A stretch of 64,000 nucleotides of DNA from Candidatus Zambryskibacteria bacterium RIFOXYC1_FULL_39_10 (GCA_001824275.1 MHWW01000002.1:13266-77265), one strand, 5' to 3'; numbered from the stretch's first letter, positions 40,491-50,174 are shown. Notes: generated from the sequence alone by a model not told the origin. Translations and numbers: made by a program.

Positions 40491-40886
40491 TTAAGCGTTC
40501 ATTATGCCCCTAAGAAGTTTGTTGGCACCGATGACCATAAATATGTAGCCAGTAGCAGAAAAAACGGTGCTTATGATACTAAACCAAAAACCAACAAACC
40601 ATGGATCAACGACTGTAGATATGGTTCCCAAAACGATAAGAAGCATACCAACTCCAATATAATTAAGGACTGATCCAAACAATCCTCCGCCAAGTTTGCT
40701 TGCTGCTCTGAAGACGAGAAAAGTGGCAATGATGCCAATCACAATAGAAAGCAGGAGCGAGAAGTTGCCGGCAAATACCGAGGCAAACGCAATGCTGTCA
40801 TTTGAAATTTGAGTATCCCATTCTTGAGCCAAGGCGCTGAGCGGTAAAATGATTCCCAAAATACTTATCAAAAAAAACTTTTTCAT
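40491..40886 (-). CDS. Small integral membrane protein.
   Basis: Signal peptide or TM helix MKKFFLISILGIILPLSALA followed by three further TM helices. Start trimmed. Confidence 0.5.
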   Translation of the reverse strand: MKKFFLISILGIILPLSALAQEWDTQISNDSIAFASVFAGNFSLLLSIVIGIIATFLVFRAASKLGGGLFGSVLNYIGVGMLLIVLGTISTVVDPWFVGFWFSIISTVFSATGYIFMVIGANKLLRGIMNA

Positions 40887-40905
40887 ATTTATTATTAAAA
40901 TTAGA

Positions 40906-41172
40906 CTAACGTTGAATTGATGGATATTTTTTAAATATAGAGTTGACCGCGTTTTTGACGATTTCACCAGAAAGAGCGACATACTCGTCAATCAATTTTT
41001 GGAGCACCACTTGTTCCGGACCTTCAATGCCCAAGACCGCGCCATCGTCTGACACTTTGAGTCCTGGCACATTCCTAGCTTTGAGTATGGCAATTTGAGG
41101 GCCCAAAATAACCACCTGCTTCTTGATAATCTCAGTGAGCATTTGTTTGTAGTCTGAATTGTTTGGTTCCAT
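40906..41172 (-). CDS. Hypothetical protein.
   Basis: 88-aa ORF with no recognised domain. Confidence 0.4.
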   Translation of the reverse strand: MEPNNSDYKQMLTEIIKKQVVILGPQIAILKARNVPGLKVSDDGAVLGIEGPEQVVLQKLIDEYVALSGEIVKNAVNSIFKKYPSIQR

Positions 41173-41261
41173 AGTCTAGTTGTTTAATTTAAATAAAATA
41201 CTCCCACTACTTAATATTATACCAAATCAAATATCTCGCACCAGCATTGTGTGGATTGCTA

Positions 41262-41657
41262 TTAACTTTGAAAATCAATTTCAAAAGAGTACATTCCCAT
41301 TCCACAGGATCCTTGTAAAGTCCCCAGTTTAGAATCACCCAATTCAATATCAGTTAATCCAGAAATAGGTAAATTTCTGCTTATATTTAAACTTGGAATA
41401 CGGACCGACGAGGAACAATCGAAAGTACCGTCCGTGTTAAATCTTAACACAGTAGGGACACCCGCCTTGGCGACACTCTTTCTTGGTAAGTATCCTCCTC
41501 TAGCATTTATTTCTACAATCTGAATCCCATTTTCAATTGTTACATTATTTACAGAAGCAACATTTTCACTTGTGGTTTTTGGACTACTTTTGCTAAAAAT
41601 AAAAGCTCCTCCAATGAGGACTAAGGCTATAATTACTGATGTTATTGTTCCTTTCAT
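41262..41657 (-). CDS. Cupredoxin-like domain protein (putative metal-binding), membrane-anchored.
   Basis: N-terminal TM helix then IQIVEINARGGYLPRKSVAKAGVPTVLRFNTDG...CSSS...CGMGMYSFEI, resembling the Cupredoxin_1 family. Confidence 0.5.
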   Translation of the reverse strand: MKGTITSVIIALVLIGGAFIFSKSSPKTTSENVASVNNVTIENGIQIVEINARGGYLPRKSVAKAGVPTVLRFNTDGTFDCSSSVRIPSLNISRNLPISGLTDIELGDSKLGTLQGSCGMGMYSFEIDFQS

Positions 41658-41664
41658 AATCTTA

Positions 41665-42717
41665 TTAAAAATTAAATACTGGCGGAATAACTCCAATAAC
41701 AACCAAAGAATTTATAAGGTTAAACAGAGCAAACATTATAACAATAAGGCCGGCGGATTTAAAGAAAATGCCAGACTTGCTACTGTTTTGAATACTGAAT
41801 GAGCTAAAACTAATCAATGCTAAAACGGGCAAAGTGCCAAGAGCAAAAGCAAACATAGTAAGTCCCCCTTGCACAAAACTACCGGTTGAAAGGGTATAAA
41901 TCTGCATCGATTGAGTAAAGCCACAAGGTAGAAAGAAAGTGGCGATACCCACGAGTAGCGGGGTTAATGTGTGATTAAACTTTGATATACCATGAGCATG
42001 CTTAGCTATAAACTTTGGCATTGATGGTTGCAATTTTTTGGCCCAAGAGAAAGTATCAAGAAGATTAATACCCATCATAAGCATCACTAAACCTATAATT
42101 ATTCCAAGTAGAAACGTGCCGATAGTACCCAATTGAAACGTGGCGCCAAGCACACCAATCACTCCGCCAAGTATAAAGAAAGAAACTATACGACCGATAT
42201 GGAAAAGAATTTGAGGTTTTATTTTACTTGTCCTGAGCGAAGTCGATGGATCTCCCTCTTTAGCAAATGTAGCTGACATAGAAAGCACAAGGCCACCAAC
42301 CACCGCCATACAAGTTGAAAGCGAAGCAACGATACCAATGACAAAAGCGGTGCCGTAAGTCACATTGCCGGCATTTACCAGATTGACTATACCCATTTTT
42401 TGCAGAGTCACAAAGAGCACCGCGAAACCAATCGCAATCGGTATTGCGACTTTGAAATCTCCCCATTTCTTTTCTTTGATCTGTTTTTCAACAGACACGG
42501 TGTAGCCATGAGGTTTAACTGATTTAGTTAACTCGGTAGCTATCTGTTCTAAAGTTTTATCACCAAAGTCTCCCACAATTTCAACTGTATTATTTTTGAG
42601 ACTGGATTTGGCTGAAGTCACATTTGGTAAATCATTAAGCTCACTTTCAGTTAAAAGCACGCAAGCACTGCAATGCATTCCGTGAACATGAAAGGTATAA
42701 GTTTTTTGTACTGGCAT
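41665..42717 (-). CDS. HMA (heavy-metal-associated) domain fused to a polytopic membrane domain carrying paired Cys. Possible metal or thiol transporter.
   Basis: N-terminal GMHCSACV HMA motif, then about eight TM helices with STCMAV and FLPCGFTQS. Confidence 0.55.
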   Translation of the reverse strand: MPVQKTYTFHVHGMHCSACVLLTESELNDLPNVTSAKSSLKNNTVEIVGDFGDKTLEQIATELTKSVKPHGYTVSVEKQIKEKKWGDFKVAIPIAIGFAVLFVTLQKMGIVNLVNAGNVTYGTAFVIGIVASLSTCMAVVGGLVLSMSATFAKEGDPSTSLRTSKIKPQILFHIGRIVSFFILGGVIGVLGATFQLGTIGTFLLGIIIGLVMLMMGINLLDTFSWAKKLQPSMPKFIAKHAHGISKFNHTLTPLLVGIATFFLPCGFTQSMQIYTLSTGSFVQGGLTMFAFALGTLPVLALISFSSFSIQNSSKSGIFFKSAGLIVIMFALFNLINSLVVIGVIPPVFNF

Positions 42718-42777
42718 AGGTTATATATTATATACCCCCCTATGGTATATAACAAGTATAAACTATTTTAGATTAGA

Positions 42778-43758
42778 CTATATTCCACAACCACTTTGTT
42801 GTTTTGGAGTAGGGACCGAAACAGGAGTTGCTTGACCAGCATCTACCCCACACCCATTACTACTTCTGGAGCTACTAGGAACCGTAACCTGTGACGATAT
42901 ACTCCTGAAACCAGAACTACTGGAATACTCAATACCTAGCATTTCTTGAGGATTTACATCTGACCACTCAACCCCTTTTTTCTCTTTCATATAAGTGGCG
43001 ATGGTGATATAGGTATCGGGAAACCAATATGAGTTGACTGCCAAAGCCGCCTTCCACATATCTTGCTCGCTTACGCCTTGAGAAGCCATAAGTTCCAAAA
43101 ATCCAAGCATAGCCATACCATGATTGCAATCCGGGAAGTGGGTTGAATTACCACAACAAGGTCTGTATATTCCACGCGATACTTTATCCACCAAGGATTG
43201 CTGTTCTGGTGTCAGGTTAAAGTATATGTGTCTATTGTAGTGATCCATTGGACTACCCACGGCCACAGTCCAGCCACCAGTTGAAGCGAAATTGACCGCT
43301 CCGCCATATTGAGGATTATTCATTTCTTTTGAATCGACTAAAATTGGGTTTGCATTTGAAAGGCCGAGAGCCCACAATAAGTTTAGAATATACCCCGCAT
43401 TATCTTCATTAATTATTATTTTGCCATTATTGTCTCCAGACAATAATTTTTCATACTCCTCCGTAAACCCACGGCTTGCATAGAGAGCCTTAAATTTTTC
43501 TTCATCAATAGCTCCCGAACTTATAAGTTTTTTGCCTAAATCACCCCAAGTTACCGGAAGCTCTACTCCATTACTAGGCAAAACTTTTTCTTCTAATACT
43601 GATTTTTCTTGAATATTTTCTGGAGCTATGCTTATTTTCCTTGGGCTATCAGAAATTTTTAGTCTTGAGTTATACATCCAAGCACCGGAAAGCAAGATGC
43701 CGGCAATTATTATACTTATCGGAAGTGAAAGTATTTTTTCTAATTTATTTTTTTCCAT
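42778..43758 (-). CDS. Secreted hypothetical protein with a CC-x5-H-x3-DC-x-HG motif (putative metal site).
   Basis: N-terminal TM helix or signal peptide. Contains RPCCGNSTHFPDCNHGMAMLG and a C-terminal Ser-rich tail with Cys. Confidence 0.45.
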   Translation of the reverse strand: MEKNKLEKILSLPISIIIAGILLSGAWMYNSRLKISDSPRKISIAPENIQEKSVLEEKVLPSNGVELPVTWGDLGKKLISSGAIDEEKFKALYASRGFTEEYEKLLSGDNNGKIIINEDNAGYILNLLWALGLSNANPILVDSKEMNNPQYGGAVNFASTGGWTVAVGSPMDHYNRHIYFNLTPEQQSLVDKVSRGIYRPCCGNSTHFPDCNHGMAMLGFLELMASQGVSEQDMWKAALAVNSYWFPDTYITIATYMKEKKGVEWSDVNPQEMLGIEYSSSSGFRSISSQVTVPSSSRSSNGCGVDAGQATPVSVPTPKQQSGCGI

Positions 43759-43764
43759 ATTATT

Positions 43765-44001
43765 TTAGTTACAACAATCTTCTAATTTTTCCATAATTTC
43801 TTTTACATCTTTATTTTTTACATTTGTATTACTTTCCCCAACCTCTCTTAATCTGCGAACAACTTCTTTTATTCCAAGACTTTGAATATCATTAAGAATT
43901 TGCCTGCGTTTTTCACACTTAGGACAATGCGGTATATGCAAGACCTTTGTAAGCCCGGCAATAGCATCTCCAAATTTAATTCGTTTTGTTTCTTCAGACA
44001 T
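43765..44001 (-). CDS. Small Cys-motif protein (CPKC ... C-terminal DCCN).
   Basis: 78-aa ORF. Confidence 0.4.
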   Translation of the reverse strand: MSEETKRIKFGDAIAGLTKVLHIPHCPKCEKRRQILNDIQSLGIKEVVRRLREVGESNTNVKNKDVKEIMEKLEDCCN

Positions 44002-44011
44002 ATTGATTAAA

Positions 44012-44791
44012 TTAGATAAAGAAAATTAATACTCCAATAATCACCATCGCTAAACCAGCCCAAAAATGAACTTTTTTAGTATTTGTGGTTTTCCATTCTT
44101 GCATTTTTTCTACCAAGACTTTATCAGCCGACACCCAGAGCACGACGACAAGCGGTATGCTGAGAATAAGATTGTAAAAGATGAGATAACCAAATCCTTT
44201 AAGATAAGTTACTTGGTCACGAAGCAATCCAATAACCATAAGGTACGGCCCACCCATACAAGGAAACTGACAAATACCGACTAAAGCTCCCAACCCAAAA
44301 GCGGCCACGAAAGAAGTTTTCTCCATTAACCCAGCCATCGTAGTGTACAAAGACTTTGGAAGTTTCAATTTCAAAGGAAATCTTGGAAAGAAATAACCAA
44401 CAAGATTAATAATTCCAAACAAAATCAAAAGTGACGCTCCAAGTTTACCCATGAAATGCGGAGTGTTGAACAAATGCAATACTTTCAATATCCCCAAACC
44501 AATCAAAAAATAAGCAGTGAAAATACCGGCGATATAAGCACCACCAATTTTGATAATTTTACTACGAGTCATCTGTATACCAAACAGAAATGCAATCGTT
44601 ATAAGTAAAATTGAAAAAGAACAAGGGTGAACACTGTCGAGTAAAGACGAGAAAAAAACTAACGGTAAAAGCCAAGTACCTCCTCTACTTAAATTGTAAA
44701 TTAAGCCAGCCGCACCATCGCTATTTTTTAGCACTACAATACCTACAATTACCGCCAAAACCACACCAATAATAATTGCGATTTTTTTCAT
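44012..44791 (-). CDS. ccdA: CcdA/DsbD-family thiol-disulfide transfer membrane protein.
   Basis: Conserved Cys in TM1 (SVHPCSFS) and TM4 (GICQFPCMGGP). Confidence 0.6.
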   Translation of the reverse strand: MKKIAIIIGVVLAVIVGIVVLKNSDGAAGLIYNLSRGGTWLLPLVFFSSLLDSVHPCSFSILLITIAFLFGIQMTRSKIIKIGGAYIAGIFTAYFLIGLGILKVLHLFNTPHFMGKLGASLLILFGIINLVGYFFPRFPLKLKLPKSLYTTMAGLMEKTSFVAAFGLGALVGICQFPCMGGPYLMVIGLLRDQVTYLKGFGYLIFYNLILSIPLVVVLWVSADKVLVEKMQEWKTTNTKKVHFWAGLAMVIIGVLIFFI

Positions 44792-44793
44792 AA

Positions 44794-45300
44794 TTATGGA
44801 GTTACTGTTGCCTTAATTTCCAACTGCAAAGCATTACCGGCAACATCGGTAAGAGTAATAAATCTATCTATAAATCCAACCCCAGCGGGTCCGTGTGCAT
44901 TAGGATCGTAAACTACACGAATAATACGATTTTCACCAGCTTTAATAATTTCATTAGCTGGCGGCACAAAACCCATACCAGGCATTTTAAATGGACCTTT
45001 CATACTGCCGTCTGGACTAATAATAAACGCACTAGTACACATACAGGAAGTTAGAACAGTTTTTAAGTTAATATCTTGAACAGTAGGATTAGTGACAGTA
45101 AATTCTTTGGTGACATTACCGTTTTTCATCGAGATAGTTCCAAAATCATAAAGAGTTTCTGAAGCGATAAGGAGAGCTTCGGAATTATTTTGAGAAGCAC
45201 CCTGAACCGATGCTGATGTCCCACCTTTGATAAAATAGCCCCACACAAATAATCCCATTACCGCCACAATAATTAAGATAATGATTGTTTTTATTTTCAT
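44794..45300 (-). CDS. DUF1573 domain protein (SCxCT motif), membrane-anchored.
   Basis: YDFGTISMKNGNVTKEFTVTNPT...LTSCMCT... matches the DUF1573 pattern. Confidence 0.55.
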   Translation of the reverse strand: MKIKTIIILIIVAVMGLFVWGYFIKGGTSASVQGASQNNSEALLIASETLYDFGTISMKNGNVTKEFTVTNPTVQDINLKTVLTSCMCTSAFIISPDGSMKGPFKMPGMGFVPPANEIIKAGENRIIRVVYDPNAHGPAGVGFIDRFITLTDVAGNALQLEIKATVTP

Positions 45301-45392
45301 AAAGTTTAAATTAGTTAAATAATACAAAAAGCCCTTAATAAGGACTTTTTGCAACACTTCAAAAATTCTAAAAAGAATCTAAGAAGTGCCGC

Positions 45393-45809
45393 TTATACTA
45401 TAGTTGGACTATTTTCGAAAAGAGAAAGCCAATGTATTATTTTTCTAGTACTAGAAAAAACTGGCGAATAATCATAAAAACGATTCTTTATAAATGTAAT
45501 GTATTTAAATATATTTTGACCGGTAAAAAGTATTAGAAATACGCTCGCAAAAATAAAAAGAGAAGCGAGCAATATCGTCAATCCATAGTCTATCGTTACA
45601 TTTATAAATGATTGATAAGAAGAAATATAGTGAATGGCTGAAGCGACTGTATTTTGTACACAATCAGATGTATCTGCAACAGAAAACGGACATTGCCCCA
45701 ACATTTGCCCATCTGAATTATGTATCATGGTGAAAATACCAAAAATTAGCAGTGACATAAATGATACCAGAATAAGTGACGCTATTATTTTTTTGAATAA
45801 AGCTGACAT
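45393..45809 (-). CDS. Hypothetical membrane protein.
   Basis: 138 aa with three hydrophobic helices. Confidence 0.45.
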   Translation of the reverse strand: MSALFKKIIASLILVSFMSLLIFGIFTMIHNSDGQMLGQCPFSVADTSDCVQNTVASAIHYISSYQSFINVTIDYGLTILLASLFIFASVFLILFTGQNIFKYITFIKNRFYDYSPVFSSTRKIIHWLSLFENSPTIV

Positions 45810-45828
45810 ATAAATTACAAATACTTTT

Positions 45829-46056
45829 TTAGCTTAAATCTTTTTTCTTGGACTCAAACTCTTCTTTATCAATTTCACCTTTTGCATATCTCTCTTTTAA
45901 AATTTCAAGAGCACTTGAATTTGATCTAGGACTTGAGTTTTTACCCCCAACTTCACGCACAATCCAAACAATAAAAACAACAAGCAAAACCCAAAAAACA
46001 ACCATCATTATGCCACCTCCAAACCAACCTCCATAATCGTTATAAAATCCGTACAT
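45829..46056 (-). CDS. SHOCT domain membrane protein.
   Basis: TM helix followed by LEILKERYAKGEIDKEEFESKKKDL, the SHOCT motif. Confidence 0.6.
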   Translation of the reverse strand: MYGFYNDYGGWFGGGIMMVVFWVLLVVFIVWIVREVGGKNSSPRSNSSALEILKERYAKGEIDKEEFESKKKDLS

Positions 46057-46089
46057 AATATTTTATATTAGTTAATAATTACATTCATT

Positions 46090-48441
46090 CTACAACTTTT
46101 TAGTTTTTAAGCGTAGGGAATTACCGACCACCGATACCGAAGACATGGCCATAGCAAAACCAGCAAAAACTGGGTTGAGGAGCCAGCCAAATATCGGATA
46201 AAATAGACCGCCAGCCAAAGGTATCCCCACAATATTATAAATAAAAGCCCAAAAAAGATTTTGTTTAATACCGGTCATCGTGATTTTTGAAAGTTTTATG
46301 GCTTTAACCAATTTTGAAATATCACCATGCAAAAGAGTAATCCCGGCTGATTCAATGGCCACGTCCGTTCCTGTCGCCATAGCAATACCCACATCAGCTT
46401 GAGCCAAAGCCGGCGCGTCATTGACCCCATCCCCCGCCATGGCCACGATTTTGCCCTCTGCCTGTAATGCTTTAATTTTATTAAGTTTATCTTCTGGCAT
46501 TACTTCGGCTACTACTTCATCTATGCCAATTTCTTTTGCAATAAAATTGGCTGTGTTTTTATTATCCCCAGTCAGCATCACTACTTTTATATTTAATTTG
46601 TGAAGATTTTTAATAGCTTCTATCGCTTCTGGCTTTACCGCGTCAGCGACCATTATCACCCCCAAAACTTTTTCTTTAGTGGTTAAAACAATAGGAGTTT
46701 TTCCTTCCAATGTTTCTTTTTCAATTGATGTTGTGTTAAAAGACAAATTTAGATCTTTTACAAGTTTTGTATTACCCGCAAAATATTCAATATTTTCAAC
46801 AACACCTCCAACTCCTTTACCTTTTATAGCTTCAAAATTTTGCACTTCAATAAAATTGATATTTTTCCCCGCCTCTTCGGTGGGCAGGCCTTTTGCATAA
46901 GAGACTACGGCGTGAGCGATTGGGTGCTCGGATTTATTTTCCAGTGAAGCCAGCACGGCAATGAGTTCATTATCAGTTTTGTCAGAAAAATTTTGAATAG
47001 AAACTAATTCAGGTTTACCACGAGTAAGTGTACCAGTCTTATCAACCACCACCACATTAACTTTGTGAAGTTTTTCAAGAGTACCAGCATCTTTAATAAG
47101 TATTCCTTCTCGTGCACCTTTACCAACACCAACAATAATAGCGGTGGGCGTGGCTAACCCCAAAGCACACGGACAGGCGATAACCAAAATACCCACGAAT
47201 GATACCAAACCAAACGAAAGTGCCTGCGAAAAACCAAGGTACTGTGTACCTACCAAAAGCCAGAGACCCAAAGAAACAAAAGACAAAACTAAAACAATAG
47301 GCACAAAAACACCAGAAATTTTATCGGCCAACGCCTGAATAGGAGCTTTGCTCCCCTGGGCATCTTCAACCATTTTAATAATTCTAGCCAACATTGTTTC
47401 AGACCCCACTTTGGTAGCTTTAAAGATGAAAGAACCACTGGTGTTTATTGTTCCAGCCACCACAGTGTCCCCTATTTTTTTTGAAACTGGCATTGGCTCA
47501 CCTGAAATCATTGATTCATCTATATGCGACGAACCTTCAATAATAATCCCATCAACAGGAATATTGCTTCCTGGTTTTACTATAATCAAATCTCCGTGGA
47601 CTACATCGTTTATAGATACTTCCAATTCTTTGCCATCACGCAATACCAGAGCTGTTTTAGCTTGCAGATTTAAAAGTTTTTCTATAGCATCTCCGGTTTT
47701 TAATTTTGATCGGGCCTCCAAATATTTACCAAGCGTTATAAAAGCGATAACCACAATAGCCACATCATAATAACTTTGTTCCACGTTTATAAAAGGTTTT
47801 AGACTTTCTTCAAAAGCACTTATGACAAAACTGTATAACACCGCAACCAGTGTCCCCAGACCAATAAGAGTATCCATATTAGCCTTGCCATAACGGAAAA
47901 ATCTATAAAGCCCTAGTAGATACGGTTTACCAACTACAAAAAGGGTGTAAGTAGCCAATATAGGCAAAAGATGATGAAAAAACTCACTCCAAAAAGTTGA
48001 CATCATCGGTATAATTTCAAATTGAGCAAAAATATCCCAACTCATAACAAAAATACTTATGATGACAATTGGGATAAGAGAAAAAAGATTATTGTGCATA
48101 CTTTTTAGTTCAGCCAGTTTTTCATGCTTTGACTGATTAAGTCCTAAATGCTCGGCATGTTCGTCTTTTGACATACCCATTGTTTCTGCTGTTTCTAAAA
48201 TTAAAGAATACCCCAACGGTTCTATTTTTTTAGAAAGATTTTCGGGACTAGTTTGTGTATCATCAAAATCTATTTTTACATTTTCTGTCACATAATTTAC
48301 ATCTACTGATTGTACTCCTACTTCTTTTTTAAAAGTTTTTTCAATAATACCGGCGCAAGAAGCGCAATGCATACCTTTTACCCGCACACTAATTTGAGTA
48401 TTATTTTTTGTTGCAATATTATGTTTATTGGTAGTGTCCAT
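46090..48441 (-). CDS. copA: Copper-translocating P1B-type ATPase.
   Basis: HMA motif GMHCASCAG, TM6 CPC (ACPCALGLATP), DKTGTLT, and GDGVNDAP. Confidence 0.9.
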   Translation of the reverse strand: MDTTNKHNIATKNNTQISVRVKGMHCASCAGIIEKTFKKEVGVQSVDVNYVTENVKIDFDDTQTSPENLSKKIEPLGYSLILETAETMGMSKDEHAEHLGLNQSKHEKLAELKSMHNNLFSLIPIVIISIFVMSWDIFAQFEIIPMMSTFWSEFFHHLLPILATYTLFVVGKPYLLGLYRFFRYGKANMDTLIGLGTLVAVLYSFVISAFEESLKPFINVEQSYYDVAIVVIAFITLGKYLEARSKLKTGDAIEKLLNLQAKTALVLRDGKELEVSINDVVHGDLIIVKPGSNIPVDGIIIEGSSHIDESMISGEPMPVSKKIGDTVVAGTINTSGSFIFKATKVGSETMLARIIKMVEDAQGSKAPIQALADKISGVFVPIVLVLSFVSLGLWLLVGTQYLGFSQALSFGLVSFVGILVIACPCALGLATPTAIIVGVGKGAREGILIKDAGTLEKLHKVNVVVVDKTGTLTRGKPELVSIQNFSDKTDNELIAVLASLENKSEHPIAHAVVSYAKGLPTEEAGKNINFIEVQNFEAIKGKGVGGVVENIEYFAGNTKLVKDLNLSFNTTSIEKETLEGKTPIVLTTKEKVLGVIMVADAVKPEAIEAIKNLHKLNIKVVMLTGDNKNTANFIAKEIGIDEVVAEVMPEDKLNKIKALQAEGKIVAMAGDGVNDAPALAQADVGIAMATGTDVAIESAGITLLHGDISKLVKAIKLSKITMTGIKQNLFWAFIYNIVGIPLAGGLFYPIFGWLLNPVFAGFAMAMSSVSVVGNSLRLKTKKL

Positions 48442-48480
48442 TTTTGTAATAAAATTTAAATTTTGTTTTAGTGTGCGGGT

Positions 48481-48744
48481 TTATTTCCTCTTCAAACGAT
48501 AAACTTCCAATATTTCTTTAGTGGCTTTGCCTCCCTTACCTTCATTTATCTGAGGAATAACACAAGAACTCAAATGATTTTCCATTAGAGCATCTTCAAT
48601 ACTAGATAACGCATTTTTGACTGCAGAAGTTTGAGTAATAATATCAATACAATAAACTCCTTTTTCTACCATGTTTTGTAGACCACGAACTTGCCCTTCA
48701 ATAATATTTAGCCTTCTTAAAATCCTTGATTTTGGTGTAACCAT
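48481..48744 (-). CDS. csoR: CsoR/RcnR family metal-sensing transcriptional repressor.
   Basis: Contains RLNIIEGQVRGLQNMVEKGVYCIDIITQTSAVKNAL...HLSSC, the DUF156 pattern with conserved Cys and His residues. Confidence 0.8.
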   Translation of the reverse strand: MVTPKSRILRRLNIIEGQVRGLQNMVEKGVYCIDIITQTSAVKNALSSIEDALMENHLSSCVIPQINEGKGGKATKEILEVYRLKRK

Positions 48745-48773
48745 AAAATTATACTTAAAGCTATTACCACCCC

Positions 48774-48802
48774 ATACTATACCCCCGGGGGGTATTAGTC
48801 AA
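48774..48802 (-). promoter_or_regulatory. csoR promoter with an embedded operator: -35 TTGACT (48797-48802), 17-nt spacer, -10 TAGTAT (48774-48779). The spacer is occupied by the palindrome ATACCCCC-GGGGGGTAT (48779-48795).
   Basis: The palindrome matches the CsoR-type operator consensus ATACCC...GGGTAT. Confidence 0.6.
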
Positions 48803-48868
48803 GTAAAGGAAGTGGGGATATCCTAACTGTTACTACCTGATTTGTTCCTTAATAATATGTAAACAAAC

Positions 48869-48895
48869 TGCCCGCAACACGTGGTGTTGCGGGCA
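48869..48895 (-). terminator. Terminator hairpin downstream of the Cys-rich gene.
   Basis: CCCGCAACAC-GTG-GTGTTGCGGG followed by a U-rich tract on the minus strand. Confidence 0.55.
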
Positions 48896-48897
48896 AG

Positions 48898-49206
48898 TTA
48901 TTCGGGCAGTCTGTCTCTGATTTCTTGAGACAGTTTTGGAACACAACCAAGGCAGTAGCCAAATTGGGTTTCTGGGTCCATTTCCATCTCATCATGACTT
49001 GTTAACTCACCGCAGTTGTCACAAGTTGAAGCATATTCACAGACTGCCTCTATGCACCTACCATCTATCGTATCGCAAGAGTCGCAGTTCCCCGACGGCT
49101 CACACTCCTCACAGTGGGTTTCGCATGAGCAACATTCTCCTAGCTCAGTCTTCTCAAACCATGATTTTTCTACCATAATCCCCTCTTCAAATACTATACT
49201 ACTCAA
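48898..49206 (-). CDS. Cys-rich small protein (17 Cys in 102 aa). Candidate metallothionein-like metal-binding protein.
   Basis: Contains ECCSCETHCEECEPSGNCDSCDTIDGRCIEAVCEYASTCDNCGEL. It lies immediately upstream of csoR-copA and has higher GC. Confidence 0.5.
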   Translation of the reverse strand: MSSIVFEEGIMVEKSWFEKTELGECCSCETHCEECEPSGNCDSCDTIDGRCIEAVCEYASTCDNCGELTSHDEMEMDPETQFGYCLGCVPKLSQEIRDRLPE

Positions 49207-49296
49207 AATCTCCCAAAAGACAAATGGTTTTATTAAATTATTTTTTAAATTCTTTGCCCTTCGCTATGCTCAGGACACTGAATTTTTATGGTCATT

Positions 49297-49632
49297 TCAT
49301 TTATAAAGTATATTAAGAGCTAGAACAACAACTAAAATCACAATTGCAGGATACTTTATTTTCCTACCAGGAATATCCATCTTCAATATTTTGTAAGCGT
49401 AATAACTTAGGAAACTGGAATCATAATTTATGCTTGGTTCCACCTTTTTTCTTAATAAAAATTCCCATCTCGTTAATGGGCAATACCCCAAAAATATTTC
49501 GGCCAATAAAACCAAAGAAGTAATGATTAAATGGGTGGTCTGAAGAATTGGGTAATACCAACCAATCAAAACAATTATTACCACTAAGATGTGGAGGGAG
49601 AGTATAAAATTAGCCCAAAAAATATATTTCAT
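49297..49632 (-). CDS. Small membrane protein (DUF2784-like; CPLTRWE motif).
   Basis: 111 aa with three TM helices. Confidence 0.45.
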   Translation of the reverse strand: MKYIFWANFILSLHILVVIIVLIGWYYPILQTTHLIITSLVLLAEIFLGYCPLTRWEFLLRKKVEPSINYDSSFLSYYAYKILKMDIPGRKIKYPAIVILVVVLALNILYK

Positions 49633-50174
49633 TTTGTATTTTTTATTATCTCTTCTACCTTATTTGCTATATTTTGATTCCAATTATGAGCCGCGTCTAC
49701 TTCAAACAAAACAAATCCCTTCTTCTTAATTAATTCGGCATTTTCTGAATCACAAAAATAATAATCTTTTACGCCCCTTATAATCACGATGTTTTCTTTT
49801 GGTAATTTTTGGAGATTCTCTAATACATTTATTCTCAGTAATCGCAGGATTTTTTTGAAAGCATAAAACCAACTAGATAAAGGAATGATTTTGACTTTTT
49901 TCATCCCTTCGGCAATAAAAAATTCAATATCCCTTATCACAAGACTTATAAATTTTCTTTTCTTAACCAACGGATTAATGAGTATGATTTTTTGATTATT
50001 AGAAATATTTTGCGAAAGTAAATAATTCACCCCTGCACTATGAGCAATAATCCAATCATTTTCACCTATTTCCACCGATTCATTTTTCTTTAGCCAAATA
50101 TCAATACCTTTATATCCTTCATAGACCGATACCAACGAAAAAGATCCTGGAATTACTAAAACTTTGTCATGCAT
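49629..50174 (-). CDS. Alpha/beta-hydrolase fold protein.
   Basis: Nucleophile-elbow-like AHSAG; otherwise unassigned. Confidence 0.45.
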   Translation of the reverse strand: MHDKVLVIPGSFSLVSVYEGYKGIDIWLKKNESVEIGENDWIIAHSAGVNYLLSQNISNNQKIILINPLVKKRKFISLVIRDIEFFIAEGMKKVKIIPLSSWFYAFKKILRLLRINVLENLQKLPKENIVIIRGVKDYYFCDSENAELIKKKGFVLFEVDAAHNWNQNIANKVEEIIKNTK

